Assembly (NCBI GenBank): GCA_043825875.1
Contig: JBDRRF010000065.1
Coordinates: 1 to 64,000 of the forward strand
DNA from: Pseudomonadota bacterium
GTDB lineage: Bacteria; Desulfobacterota; Desulfobacteria; Desulfobacterales; RPRI01
DNA length: 64,000 nucleotides
Direction: 5' to 3'
The position numbers were made by a program, and so were the translations under genes. Shown one piece after another: positions 41,217-50,973 of the stretch (the stretch's first letter is position 1; the number at the start of each line of letters is the position of its first letter). The notes under the pieces were generated by a model. It was given only the letters and a program-made list of their open reading frames with translations. It searched no databases and was not told where the DNA came from.

Positions 41217-41921
41217 ATGAATATATCGCTTTTGCATCTTCTGTCAGTTGGTGACACAAAAACTGCAAATACGAATGCCGAATTTGTGATACTTTTGCAC
41301 GGCCTGGCGCGTACTAAAAGATCTTTGTTAAAACTCGAACATTACCTTGAAAACAAAGGTTTTCGTGTAGTAAATATCGGCTATCCATCACGCAGGAAAA
41401 CCATACAGGAACTTTCTGTAGACACAATACCCAAAGCAATTGAAAAATGCTTATCTCTTGGTGCCGGTAAAATTCATTTTGTTACTCATTCTATGGGAGG
41501 CATTCTGGTCCGATACTATCTTGAAAATAATAAAATTTCAAATCTTGGCCGCGTTGTAATGCTAAGCCCTCCGAATAGCGGTAGTGAAATTGTCGATAAA
41601 TTTGAAAAAAGCATCGTTTTTAAATTAATAAACGGGCCAGCAGGAAAACAATTGGGAACAAAACCGGGCAGTATTCCAAAAGCAGTGGGTCCTCCTGATT
41701 ATGAAGTCGGAATTATTACCGGTGATAAAACAATTACTCCCATTTCATCGTTACTGATTCCGGGAAAAAGCGATGGAAAGGTTTCCGTAGAAAGCGCAAA
41801 ACTTTTGGGCATGAAAGATTTTCTGGTGGTACATAAAACACATTCTTTTATAATGAACGATAAAAAGGTTCTTGAACAGGTTACAGCTTTTTTAAAAAAC
41901 GGGATGTTTAACCCAGATTAA
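41217..41921 (+). CDS. Alpha/beta hydrolase (lipase/esterase-like)
   Basis: LLHGL, THSMGG nucleophile elbow, PPNSGS, SDGKV, HSFI. Confidence 0.88.
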   Translation: MNISLLHLLSVGDTKTANTNAEFVILLHGLARTKRSLLKLEHYLENKGFRVVNIGYPSRRKTIQELSVDTIPKAIEKCLSLGAGKIHFVTHSMGGILVRYYLENNKISNLGRVVMLSPPNSGSEIVDKFEKSIVFKLINGPAGKQLGTKPGSIPKAVGPPDYEVGIITGDKTITPISSLLIPGKSDGKVSVESAKLLGMKDFLVVHKTHSFIMNDKKVLEQVTAFLKNGMFNPD

Positions 41922-42020
41922 CCAACGCATTCATAACCAAACAATTACAATTTGAATCGGAATATTATCATGACAGGTTGTTGTATATCATGCTAAAGAA
42001 TTGAAAAGCGTTTACTTCTT

Positions 42021-42053
42021 TGGATTGATGGATTTATAAGAAACCCATCAATC
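42021..42053. terminator. Hairpin between convergent genes
   Basis: GGATTGATGG-N13-CCATCAATCC perfect 10-bp stem. Confidence 0.6.
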
Positions 42054-42077
42054 CTATAGGATCATTACCGACAAAGC

Positions 42078-42752
42078 TTATTGCCCGGCAATCTCTTTTC
42101 CGCAATGCTTACACGTATTGGCCCTCTTTTTTACTATTTCTGCACAAAACGGGCATTCTCTGGTAAAAGATCTTTCATGTATCTTTGAAATAGATTGTTC
42201 GACCTTTTCCTTAATAAGCTTGTTTTCAAATTTTAAGTTTCTTAAAGGTTCGATTGCATCTACTTCACCTATATCGCCTATCATTTCGGCTGCCTTGAGC
42301 CTTACACGTGCAGGCTCCGTTGGATCAAGTATAATTCTCATAACTGACGGAGAATCTTTTGATACATAACATTCGGCAAGAATAGAAAAGCCTTTTTTCG
42401 TAGCCTCTTTCAATGCTTCCTGTTGTGCCATTATCTTGTCATCTATAATCTGTCCTGTTGCTCCTGCAGGGCTAAATACCGTAATCAGCTCAAATTGTTT
42501 GGTGCCCGGATAGCACATACATCTATAGGAAGCGCTATGAGCATAATTATCTTTAATGTTGTCCCATCCGCTTTTATATGAAGAACAATCATCATTAAAG
42601 CATATATAAAGATAAGGTGTTCCCCATCCCAAACCATCCCCGCAGTTAATCGACGGAACTTCCCAGAGATTCATTTCGGTTTTGCAATGCGGACAGACCG
42701 GTTTTTCCTTAGTAAGTATTTTTTCAAGAACCTGTTCTTTTGTTTCAAGCAT
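42078..42752 (-). CDS. Zinc-finger / HEAT repeat / zinc-ribbon protein
   Basis: CPHC..CFNDDC N-terminal finger, VRLKAAEMIGDIG HEAT, CPFC..CKHCG ribbon. Confidence 0.75.
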   Translation of the reverse strand: MLETKEQVLEKILTKEKPVCPHCKTEMNLWEVPSINCGDGLGWGTPYLYICFNDDCSSYKSGWDNIKDNYAHSASYRCMCYPGTKQFELITVFSPAGATGQIIDDKIMAQQEALKEATKKGFSILAECYVSKDSPSVMRIILDPTEPARVRLKAAEMIGDIGEVDAIEPLRNLKFENKLIKEKVEQSISKIHERSFTRECPFCAEIVKKRANTCKHCGKEIAGQ

Positions 42753-42867
42753 AATCGTATACTCTCCAATAACATTGTTTATAATATTATATTTAGTTAA
42801 AAGTTAAGAGTCCGTTTCAAATTGTCAACAGGTTAAAGCTTAACATATTTTGAATGTTTATGTGTTT

Positions 42868-43602
42868 TTAAAAATCCAGTTTTATCACATGTAAAACACC
42901 GGTATCCGTTTCTTTTATCTGTAAACGCAACTGTTTTGCCGATAAAGCTTCACCAGGGAAAAACAGTATCCCATGCGCCAAGTTTTTGGGTAATACTGCG
43001 TTATTCTGCAGAGATTTTTCACGCAGGTCATTTGTTATTGATTTTATTGCATTATCAGAACCATAGCCGATTGCACCTCCTATTGTTACACCGGCAGCGG
43101 CTCCAATCGCGGCACCTTTTCCGGCTGCTGATGCTACATTTTCGCCGGAGACAATACCTATAGCCGCTCCTATTACCGCGCCCGCAGCGGCTCCAAGAAA
43201 ACCTTTATATGCCCCTTCTTTGAACACTTCTTTTGTTTTGGCATATTTAGTGGCTCTTTCGTATGCTATATCTTTGCTCAATATTGGCCAGAGATTTCCA
43301 TTCTTATCTTCAAGAAAAGTCTGATTACCTACTACTTCCAATGCGTGAGATCCCTGATTATCAAACACCACCTGGATAGGAAGCATCCCGGCTCCGTGTA
43401 TATCAAAACCGAAAATATCTTTTGTTTCTTTTGGATCTGTAAATGCTCTTGCTGCTATATCGGCGCCTGCAATGTTTACGGCATTATTTAAAGATGCCGG
43501 AGATTTAAAGGGAAGAGGTTTTACTTTATATGTAGAACATCCTGCAATTAGTAAAACAATGGATAGTAACAGCATTAATATATAAGATGAGTATCGTTTC
43601 AT
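42868..43602 (-). CDS. Lipoprotein with a glycine zipper
   Basis: AGGAGG RBS, lipobox IAGC, GAAAGAVIGAAIG..GAAIGAAAG. Confidence 0.8.
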   Translation of the reverse strand: MKRYSSYILMLLLSIVLLIAGCSTYKVKPLPFKSPASLNNAVNIAGADIAARAFTDPKETKDIFGFDIHGAGMLPIQVVFDNQGSHALEVVGNQTFLEDKNGNLWPILSKDIAYERATKYAKTKEVFKEGAYKGFLGAAAGAVIGAAIGIVSGENVASAAGKGAAIGAAAGVTIGGAIGYGSDNAIKSITNDLREKSLQNNAVLPKNLAHGILFFPGEALSAKQLRLQIKETDTGVLHVIKLDF

Positions 43603-43726
43603 ATCTGTCCTCCTTGTAAATAAATTATAAAGATTGAACATCTTGTATTCATCTTTAATGTAATATAAATTTGTTTCATTATAAATTAGATTCAGCTGTT
43701 ATGAAAGCAATAAAAAGGAGGTACTG

Positions 43727-44245
43727 ATGGAAGCTATAGATATGGTGGCTCAGCTTATGGTCATCTCTGCAACAACGGCCCCTAAAAGCAAAGGGGAAAA
43801 CTATGTTTGTACTCAAATACTAAAAGGAAAAGATCTTAAGAAGCTTTCAAAAAAAATGATAGAATTCGGAATAAAAAAAGAAAAAAAAGACTTTGACAGA
43901 GACGCAAAAAATATTTCCGTATCTGATGCAGTGGTGCTAATAGGGCTAAAAAATGCCAAACCATTGGGCCTGGATTGCGGTGCATGCGGTTATCCGGATT
44001 GCAAGACACTTTCGTTACAAGAAAAGAAAGCTGTTGATTTCATGGGTCCTGTCTGCGCTTTTAGAACACTTGATATGGGCATAGCGCTTGGTTCAGCTGT
44101 AAAAACAGCAAGCATGTTTAATGTTGATAATCGTATTATGTATAGAATTGGAGTTGTTGCACGATATATGAAGCTGGTTGACTGGGATTTTATTATGGGA
44201 ATTCCGCTTTCAGTAACCGGAAAGAATATATATTTTGACAGATAA
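43727..44245 (+). CDS. DUF2148-like ferredoxin-domain protein
   Basis: TAPKSKG, DCGACGYPDC, GPVC..DMGIALGSA, VDNRIMY. Confidence 0.8.
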   Translation: MEAIDMVAQLMVISATTAPKSKGENYVCTQILKGKDLKKLSKKMIEFGIKKEKKDFDRDAKNISVSDAVVLIGLKNAKPLGLDCGACGYPDCKTLSLQEKKAVDFMGPVCAFRTLDMGIALGSAVKTASMFNVDNRIMYRIGVVARYMKLVDWDFIMGIPLSVTGKNIYFDR

Positions 44246-44381
44246 AAAACCGAGCTTGTAAACAGTCCACAAAAAGGCAAAGAACAGATAAGTCCAAGCT
44301 TGTGATAAGGAAGGTATCAAAAAAAATAACATATGATCCGGAACTTTATTGATCCGGCCCATACGTTATTTTAGTATATAA

Positions 44382-44524
44382 GAGCCACTTTCAAAACGTT
44401 TCAGTTTGGTCAAGCTCAAGGCGGGAGAAAATTTCAACCACAGGAATACATTGAGTATTTCGAGGATTGAAATTTGAGCCCAACGCTTAAGATCGGCCAA
44501 AATGGGGCGTTTTGAAACTGGCTC
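44382..44524 (-). mobile_element. MITE-like palindromic repeat, copy 2 (143 bp, inverted)
   Basis: Reverse complement of 1-139; 17-bp terminal inverted repeats GAGCCA(C/G)TTTCAAAACG. Confidence 0.85.
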
Positions 44525-44559
44525 AAAAGTATAAACCCTTCCGGTTTTAAGTCATATAT

Positions 44560-45084
44560 TTATCCGCAGCATCCGTCCCCACAGCTTCCTACATCATCGC
44601 AACCATCTGATGAAGAACAGCCACAGCCGCAACCTTCCTGAACCTGGGTAGGTTTATCACTAATGCCAACAACTTCAATATCAAAGGTCAATTCTTGACC
44701 GGCAAGAGGGTGGTTTAAATCCAAGATAACGTTTTCACTATCAATCTGAGTAACCTTAGCAGGGACCTGACGACCATCCTGCATTTGAAGGCCGATAACC
44801 TGACCCACTTCAGGAACTACACCGGGAGGCACTTCCGATAACGGAAAGTTATGCATCATGCTGTCATTTCTTGGACCGTAGGCATCTTCCGGTGCAAGTG
44901 TAAATGTTTTTTTCTCGTTTAAAGACATTCCGACAAGCGAATCCTCGAACCCTTTTATCAATTGCCCGCCACCCATCAGCACTTCAAGGGGCATTCGGCC
45001 TTCACTGCTGTCAAACACTTCTCCGTCACTCAGAGTTCCTTTGTAATGAACGCTAACGTACATATTGTTTTCAACTTTTTCCAT
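44560..45084 (-). CDS. slyD: FKBP-type peptidyl-prolyl isomerase (SlyD-like) with a Cys-rich tail
   Basis: VHYKGTL.DGEVFDSS, PEDAYG, DLNHPLAG. Confidence 0.88.
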   Translation of the reverse strand: MEKVENNMYVSVHYKGTLSDGEVFDSSEGRMPLEVLMGGGQLIKGFEDSLVGMSLNEKKTFTLAPEDAYGPRNDSMMHNFPLSEVPPGVVPEVGQVIGLQMQDGRQVPAKVTQIDSENVILDLNHPLAGQELTFDIEVVGISDKPTQVQEGCGCGCSSSDGCDDVGSCGDGCCG

Positions 45085-45358
45085 GAAATTCTCCTGTATT
45101 TTATATTTATATTTTTTTTAAGATACATATGAATATCTTTAAGTCAAGTAAATAGTTGTTTTTTTATCGGCAAGCTTCTTATTAATTTCTTTTTTTACAA
45201 TGCTGTGAAACAAGCAATTCCTGGCAATTTATTTTACCCCTTGTACCCCAGGCAAGTCATTCCATTCACTCATTTTGTCACCCTTCAGAAAATCAATGGC
45301 TTGTAATTGCATTCAAGGTAGGTTATTTAAGACTCATTTATTAGTTAAGGAGTTATAA

Positions 45359-46396
45359 ATGAAAGAGATCGAAATTTACGGATCAACAAGCCAATCGAGG
45401 ATTTTGGTCGGTGAGAGTTTACAAAAGCTGAAAAATTATATTCCGGAAGAAAATGTTTTTCTGATTACTGATGAAAACGTCTCAAAATATTATCTCAACC
45501 AATTTCCAGACTATCCTGTAATTACTATCGGTACCGGCGAATCTGTAAAAACGCTTGATACGGCCGTATACATATATCAAAACCTGATGGACATGAATGC
45601 TCAGCGATCAAGTGTTATTGTAGGCATCGGTGGTGGTATTGTCTGTGATATTACTGGGTTTGTTGCATCAACTTATCTAAGGGGCGTATCTTTCGGATTT
45701 GTATCTTCCACATTGCTTTCTCAGGTGGATGCAAGTGTAGGTGGTAAAAACGGCGTTAACTTCAAAGGATATAAAAACATGGTAGGTGTCTTTAATCAAC
45801 CGGCTTTTGTTATCTGTGATCTTAACCTGTTAAAAACTCTGCCCCAAAAAGACCTTTTGTGCGGATTTGCCGAAATTGTTAAGCATGCCGCCATAGAAGA
45901 TGCCGGTATGTTTGAATACCTTGAAAATAACTATAAAAAAGCTTTATCTTTAGATTATAATGTAATTGAGAGGCTTGTTTATGATTCTGTTGTAATCAAA
46001 TCATCTGTAGTGAACCGGGATGAGAAGGAAAAAGGTGAAAGGCGCAAACTTAATTTCGGTCATACTCTTGGGCATGCTATTGAAAAAACTACTGGAATTC
46101 CTCACGGACAAGCAGTTAGCCTGGGTATGGTCTTTGCCGCTTTCCTTTCTGAAAAAAAAGGCTTGCTGTCATCCGGTGAAAAACAGCAAATTACAACTCT
46201 GCTAAAAAATCTTGAATTGCCCACAACAATCGAAATAGATAAAAACAAGGTAATGGATGCGCTTAATAAAGATAAAAAAAGAGAAGGGGAAGGTATTCAT
46301 TTCGTATTGCTTGACGGAATAGGTAAAGCTGTTATAGATGAAATTTCAATAAGCGAATTAAATAGCGAATTAGATAATGTGTTTGATAATATATGA
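45359..46396 (+). CDS. aroB: 3-dehydroquinate synthase
   Basis: GGGIVCDITGF, TLLSQVDASVGGKNG, LNFGHTLGHAIE, HGQAV. Confidence 0.93.
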   Translation: MKEIEIYGSTSQSRILVGESLQKLKNYIPEENVFLITDENVSKYYLNQFPDYPVITIGTGESVKTLDTAVYIYQNLMDMNAQRSSVIVGIGGGIVCDITGFVASTYLRGVSFGFVSSTLLSQVDASVGGKNGVNFKGYKNMVGVFNQPAFVICDLNLLKTLPQKDLLCGFAEIVKHAAIEDAGMFEYLENNYKKALSLDYNVIERLVYDSVVIKSSVVNRDEKEKGERRKLNFGHTLGHAIEKTTGIPHGQAVSLGMVFAAFLSEKKGLLSSGEKQQITTLLKNLELPTTIEIDKNKVMDALNKDKKREGEGIHFVLLDGIGKAVIDEISISELNSELDNVFDNI

Positions 46397-46429
46397 TTAC
46401 ATTGTTAGGCAGGAGACAGCAGATACAAA

Positions 46430-47080
46430 ATGACTTTTATACTGGATGTGCCGGTTATCGGTATTTTAAGGGGAATCGAAGCTTCTTTTTTTAAGGAAAT
46501 TTTGCATGCCTCCTTTAGCTCTGGGCTCCAGGCTATTGAAGTTACAATGAATACTGAAAATGCTGCTCAAATTATTTCAAACTGCCGCAAATCTGTGCCT
46601 TCGGGAAAATTGTTGGGTGCCGGAACCGTACGAACTCTGGATGAAGCAAAAAAAGCAGCGGATTCGGGAGCCATGTTTTTTGTAACTCCAAACACGGATA
46701 CGTCGGTAATAGAATATGCCTTTTCTCATAATATACCGGTAATTGCCGGGGCATTTACTCCAACCGAAGTATACAACGCATGGTCTGCCGGTGCGGATAT
46801 GGTTAAGGTTTTTCCGTGCGGCCATTTTGGCCCGCAATATATCAAAGATCTGCTGGGGCCATTTGACCAAATTCCGCTTGTTGCGGTAGGCGGTGTTAAC
46901 AATTCAAATATTGGAGACTATTTCAAAGCAGGCGTCAAGGCGGTTGGGACAAGCACTTCTCTGTTCGGAAAGGAAGCTCTTGAAAACCGGAATATTGAGG
47001 ATCTTGCGCGAAATGTAAAAATTTTTGTTGAACTATGCAAAAAAGCAGCTATCAAGAACTTAATAATAAAGGAGAATTAA
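46430..47080 (+). CDS. eda: KDPG/KHG aldolase family protein
   Basis: ILRG, IEVT, GAGTV, TPTE, VKVFP, VAVGGV. Confidence 0.85.
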   Translation: MTFILDVPVIGILRGIEASFFKEILHASFSSGLQAIEVTMNTENAAQIISNCRKSVPSGKLLGAGTVRTLDEAKKAADSGAMFFVTPNTDTSVIEYAFSHNIPVIAGAFTPTEVYNAWSAGADMVKVFPCGHFGPQYIKDLLGPFDQIPLVAVGGVNNSNIGDYFKAGVKAVGTSTSLFGKEALENRNIEDLARNVKIFVELCKKAAIKNLIIKEN

Positions 47081-47085
47081 TAAAA

Positions 47086-48036
47086 ATGTTTAGGCCTGAG
47101 ATAAAGGTGTTGGATTGTACAGTCCGTGACGGGGGGCTGATGAATAAATGGCAGTTTGAGGATGATTTTGTCCGGGCGGTTTACAAAGCCAATTCCAAGG
47201 CTGGCGTTGATTATATGGAAGTTGGTTACCTCAGTTCAGAAAGTGCGTTTCCCCGCGATAAGTTCGGACCATGGCGGTTTTGTGCTGATGAAGATATAAG
47301 GCGGGTTATCGGTGAAGGTGAAAGAAAGATTAAACTATCCGCTATGGCAGATATCGGAAGGATTGACTATGATGATATTCCGTTAAAATCGGAAAGCATG
47401 CTTGATATGGTCCGGGTCGCTTGTTATGTTCATCAAATTGATGCAGCAATCGAGCTTGCTCATCACTGTATGGAAAAAGGTTTTGAAGCAACTATCAATC
47501 TCATGGCTGTTTCCACTGTCGGCATGAGGGAGCTTAATGAAGCTTTAGATGATCTTTCGAAAAGCAGGGTTCCCATTATTTATCTTGTGGATAGCTTTGG
47601 AGCTTTTTATTCGGAAGACATCGATACGCTGTCAGCTAAATACATGGAACGTCTTCCCGGCAAAACCATAGGAATACACACTCATAATAATCAACAATTA
47701 GCCTTTGCCAATACTATATCATCTATTATAAACGGCATCAATTACGTAGATGGCAGCTTTTACGGCATCGGCCGTGGGGCTGGAAATTGTCCTCTGGAGT
47801 TGTTGATTTCATTTCTTAAAAATCCCAAGTTTAATGTCCGCCCGATTATTGAGGCTATAGAATCACATATTTTTCCCTGGCGGGAAAAAATTGATTGGGG
47901 ATACTTTGTACCGTATATGGTAACCGGTGTTCTGAACCAACACCCCCGAAGCGCAATGGCCATCATGGAATCGGACAAAAAAAATCAGATCCTGGAATTT
48001 TATGACCAAATGACAAATTTAGTGGAATCATTATAA
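47086..48036 (+). CDS. DRE-TIM metallolyase (DmpG/HMGL-like aldolase catalytic domain)
   Basis: LDCTVRDGG, VDSFG, HTHNN, GRGAGNCPLE; AAGGAG RBS before 47086. Confidence 0.85.
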   Translation: MFRPEIKVLDCTVRDGGLMNKWQFEDDFVRAVYKANSKAGVDYMEVGYLSSESAFPRDKFGPWRFCADEDIRRVIGEGERKIKLSAMADIGRIDYDDIPLKSESMLDMVRVACYVHQIDAAIELAHHCMEKGFEATINLMAVSTVGMRELNEALDDLSKSRVPIIYLVDSFGAFYSEDIDTLSAKYMERLPGKTIGIHTHNNQQLAFANTISSIINGINYVDGSFYGIGRGAGNCPLELLISFLKNPKFNVRPIIEAIESHIFPWREKIDWGYFVPYMVTGVLNQHPRSAMAIMESDKKNQILEFYDQMTNLVESL

Positions 48037-48051
48037 GACCGGCTGAAAACA

Positions 48052-48083
48052 AGCCTCCTGCCATAACTTTGGAGCAGGAGGCT
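48052..48083. terminator. Bidirectional terminator-like hairpin
   Basis: AGCCTCCTGC-N12-GCAGGAGGCT between convergent genes. Confidence 0.7.
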
Positions 48084-48097
48084 AAAAATCAGATATA

Positions 48098-48886
48098 TCA
48101 AAATTCCAATACTACGCCCACCGGACAATGGTCTGAACCAAATATATCATTATCGATAAATGGCTCTTTTAACCAGCCTTTATCTATTATATTTTGGCTT
48201 ACAAAAATATAGTCAACCCGCCAGCCTACATTTTTTTCTCTGGCATTGGCCCGATATGACCACCATGAATATTTTACTTTTTCAGGATAAAAATACCGGA
48301 AAGTATCCACATAACCACGCTTAATTATTTCATCCATCCAGTCTCGTTCTATACGCAAAAAGCCCGAATATTTTTCATTGGGTTTAGGATGTGTCAAATC
48401 TATTTCATTGTGGGCAATGTTATAGTCCCCGCTTATGATCAGATTTTTACCCTGGTTTTTCAGTAAATCCGTATACGCAAAAAAATCTTTGTAGAAATCA
48501 AGCTTATACTGTAGACGCTCTTCATTCATTTGGCCGTTTGGAAAATAGACATTAAAAAATATAAAATCTCCAAAGTCTGTTTCTAATATGCGGCCTTCTT
48601 GATCATATATTGGATTCCCTATTCCTGTTTTAACATTTTTGGGCTCAAAGCGCGTATATGTGGCAACTCCGCTGTAACCTTTTTTAATCGTGGAATAAGA
48701 CCAGTAGGAGCTATAACCTTCAAAATTCAACATGCTATCAGTTCTCTGGTGCTCCTGAAGCTTTGTCTCCTGAATGGCAAATATATCCGGATTCATAATC
48801 CGGATGCTTTCAAAAAAATCCTTTTTTGTCACAGCGCGCAGGCCGTTAACATTCCATGATATTAGTTTAACAAGTTTTTTTGGCAT
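48098..48886 (-). CDS. xth: Exodeoxyribonuclease III / AP endonuclease
   Basis: SWNVNGLRA, QETK, GDYNIAH, YSWWSYR, GWRVDY, SDHCP. Confidence 0.95.
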   Translation of the reverse strand: MPKKLVKLISWNVNGLRAVTKKDFFESIRIMNPDIFAIQETKLQEHQRTDSMLNFEGYSSYWSYSTIKKGYSGVATYTRFEPKNVKTGIGNPIYDQEGRILETDFGDFIFFNVYFPNGQMNEERLQYKLDFYKDFFAYTDLLKNQGKNLIISGDYNIAHNEIDLTHPKPNEKYSGFLRIERDWMDEIIKRGYVDTFRYFYPEKVKYSWWSYRANAREKNVGWRVDYIFVSQNIIDKGWLKEPFIDNDIFGSDHCPVGVVLEF

Positions 48887-48959
48887 TATATTACAACATT
48901 CTTTTAAGTTGTTATAGAGAATCGGTTTTCGGCTGTTTTGGATATACTTTAGAAACTGA

Positions 48960-48987
48960 AGGCTCCCGCCATAAGTAACGGGAGCCT
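48960..48987. terminator. Hairpin downstream of elbB
   Basis: AGGCTCCCG-N10-CGGGAGCCT. Confidence 0.55.
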
Positions 48988-49042
48988 CTGATTTATTTTC
49001 TTAATTTGAATCTCAGCCAAAAAAGGCACCTGAATGCCGACA

Positions 49043-49714
49043 TTATGGGGATTTAATTAATAAAAGTATTTCTGCCACAAGTTTTTCAGCTCCTTCGAGT
49101 ATCTGAGAGATTCTTGCATTCAGCATATAACAGGGGGTTGTTACCACTTTATGCTCATGATCTACAACAACTTCTCCATGCTGTGTATTTACAGTCACAG
49201 CACCCATTTGCATAGCCTTGCTGTTTGCACCTACATCCTGGCCCAATGTAATTTTTACATTAGGTATCAACCTGGCAAGAATCACAGGAGCAATACACAG
49301 CGCACCAATCGGTTTTTTTTGGTCAACCATTGCACACACGGCACGTTTTACATCCGGATTAACACTCATTTTGTCCCCGTCAATACCAAAGCTGCAAAGA
49401 CTTAAAGCAGCTCCACCAAAACCTCCCGGCATAACTAAAGCATCAAACTTATCAGCACTAAACTCTTTAAGATTCCTGATATCCCCGCGTGCTATCCGTG
49501 CAGACTCGATAAGAACATTTCTCTTCTCTGCCATAGGCTCACCGGTAATGTGGTTTAGCACAACGTGCTGCGAAATATCAGGCGCAAAGCAAGTGTACTT
49601 TGCTCCGGCACGATCGATAGCAAGGAGTGTGGATACGGATTCATGAATTTCCGAACCATCCTTGTTTCCACATCCGGCAAGAATTACAGCAAAATGATAA
49701 GGTGTTTCAGACAT
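49043..49714 (-). CDS. elbB: ElbB/ES1 glyoxalase (DJ-1 family)
   Basis: GCGNKDGSEIHE, ESARIARG, PGGFG, CIAP, TTPCYM. Confidence 0.9.
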   Translation of the reverse strand: MSETPYHFAVILAGCGNKDGSEIHESVSTLLAIDRAGAKYTCFAPDISQHVVLNHITGEPMAEKRNVLIESARIARGDIRNLKEFSADKFDALVMPGGFGGAALSLCSFGIDGDKMSVNPDVKRAVCAMVDQKKPIGALCIAPVILARLIPNVKITLGQDVGANSKAMQMGAVTVNTQHGEVVVDHEHKVVTTPCYMLNARISQILEGAEKLVAEILLLIKSP

Positions 49715-49741
49715 GTCTGCTCTCCCTTATACTATTAAAAA

Positions 49742-50500
49742 TTATGCCATCCTCAATGCACCTGTGAGTTTAAATACTTCTCCGTTTAGGTATATATTTT
49801 CGATCAGGTGTTGAACCAAAAAAGCATATTCTGAGGGTTTCCCCAGCCTTTTTGGAAAAGGAATTGATTTGGCCAATGCTTCACGAGCTTTTTCCGGTAC
49901 TCTGGCAAGCATTGGTGTATCTATTGTTCCGGGTGCAATTGTTACTACACGGATTCCGTGGCGTCCCAACTCTCTTGCCACAGGAAGCATCAAGCCTTCA
50001 ACTCCGCCCTTTGAAGCGCTATAAGCGGCCTGCCCGATTTGCCCCTGAGATGCGGCAACAGATGAAGTATTGATAACAATACCCCGTTCGCCATCTTCAC
50101 CGGGCTCATTTTCAGCCATTTTTGCTGCCGAGCTTATGAGAACTCGCATGGTACCGATAAGATTAACCTGAATTCTGGCTTCAAAAAAATCCATAGGCAT
50201 AGGGCCCTTTTCTTTATCAAGTATCTTGCATGGACCACCTATTCCAGCGCAATTAATAGCTACATTTATGCCTCCCATTTTTTCGGCAGCAGTATTTATA
50301 GCCTGATTTACACTGTCATTACTCGTAACATCGGTTTTAACAAAAAAGCCTCCCAGTTCTGCCGCAAGGCTTGTGCCTTTCTCTTCCTGTAAATCAAGAA
50401 TGGTAACTTTTCCTCCGCCACTTGTAATCTGACGTGCGCATTCTTCTCCAATACCGGAAGCACCGCCACTTATAACCGCTTTGCATTCGCTGATCTTCAT
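49742..50500 (-). CDS. SDR oxidoreductase, 3-hydroxyacyl-CoA dehydrogenase type II (HSD10)-like
   Basis: SGGASGIG, NCAGI, GQIGQAAYSASKGG, PFPKRLG.P.EYA. Confidence 0.92.
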   Translation of the reverse strand: MKISECKAVISGGASGIGEECARQITSGGGKVTILDLQEEKGTSLAAELGGFFVKTDVTSNDSVNQAINTAAEKMGGINVAINCAGIGGPCKILDKEKGPMPMDFFEARIQVNLIGTMRVLISSAAKMAENEPGEDGERGIVINTSSVAASQGQIGQAAYSASKGGVEGLMLPVARELGRHGIRVVTIAPGTIDTPMLARVPEKAREALAKSIPFPKRLGKPSEYAFLVQHLIENIYLNGEVFKLTGALRMA

Positions 50501-50590
50501 AATTTATTCTCCCTTTTCTAAACCAATAATTTTATATTATGCTGTTACGTTAATAGATTGATAGCAAATCATAATTATTACATTCATATT

Positions 50591-50732
50591 GAGCCAGTTT
50601 CAAAACGTCCCATTTTGGCCGATCTCTGCGTTGGATGAAAATATTAATCCTCGAAATACTCCATGTATTCCTGCGGTTAAAATTTTCCCCCGCCTTGACC
50701 TTGACCAAACTGAAACGTTTTGAAAGTGGCTC
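50591..50732 (+). mobile_element. MITE-like palindromic repeat, copy 3 (142 bp, more diverged)
   Basis: Same termini as copies 1 and 2; internal substitutions. Confidence 0.85.
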
Positions 50733-50973
50733 ATGTTGTATATTGCTATCAGCAACCTTAATTTCTGTCAAGATAAAATAAATGGCAGAATGATGCTTAA
50801 CATTATGAAATATATAATATTTCTATTATGAACGATACAATAATATGTTGTTGACAGCAACTTTGAGATATGAAAAAAATAATAGCATCATTTCAAATGA
50901 TTACAAAAAATAAACATGGCATCTTAATGCCTTATTATTTGCTAAAATTAGAGGCTATAAAGTGAGGTGAAAA

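Noticed and set aside
42808..42821. GAGTCCGTTTCAAA resembling the MITE terminus
   Set aside because: Too short and mismatched, with no second end
44382..44524. The 142-143 bp hairpin repeat as an attC site
   Set aside because: Lacks RYYYAAC/GTTRRRY ends, occurs in varied orientation next to housekeeping genes, and has IS-like terminal repeats
50550..50771. 73-aa ORF on the minus strand
   Set aside because: Mostly the antisense reading of MITE copy 3; no independent coding signal
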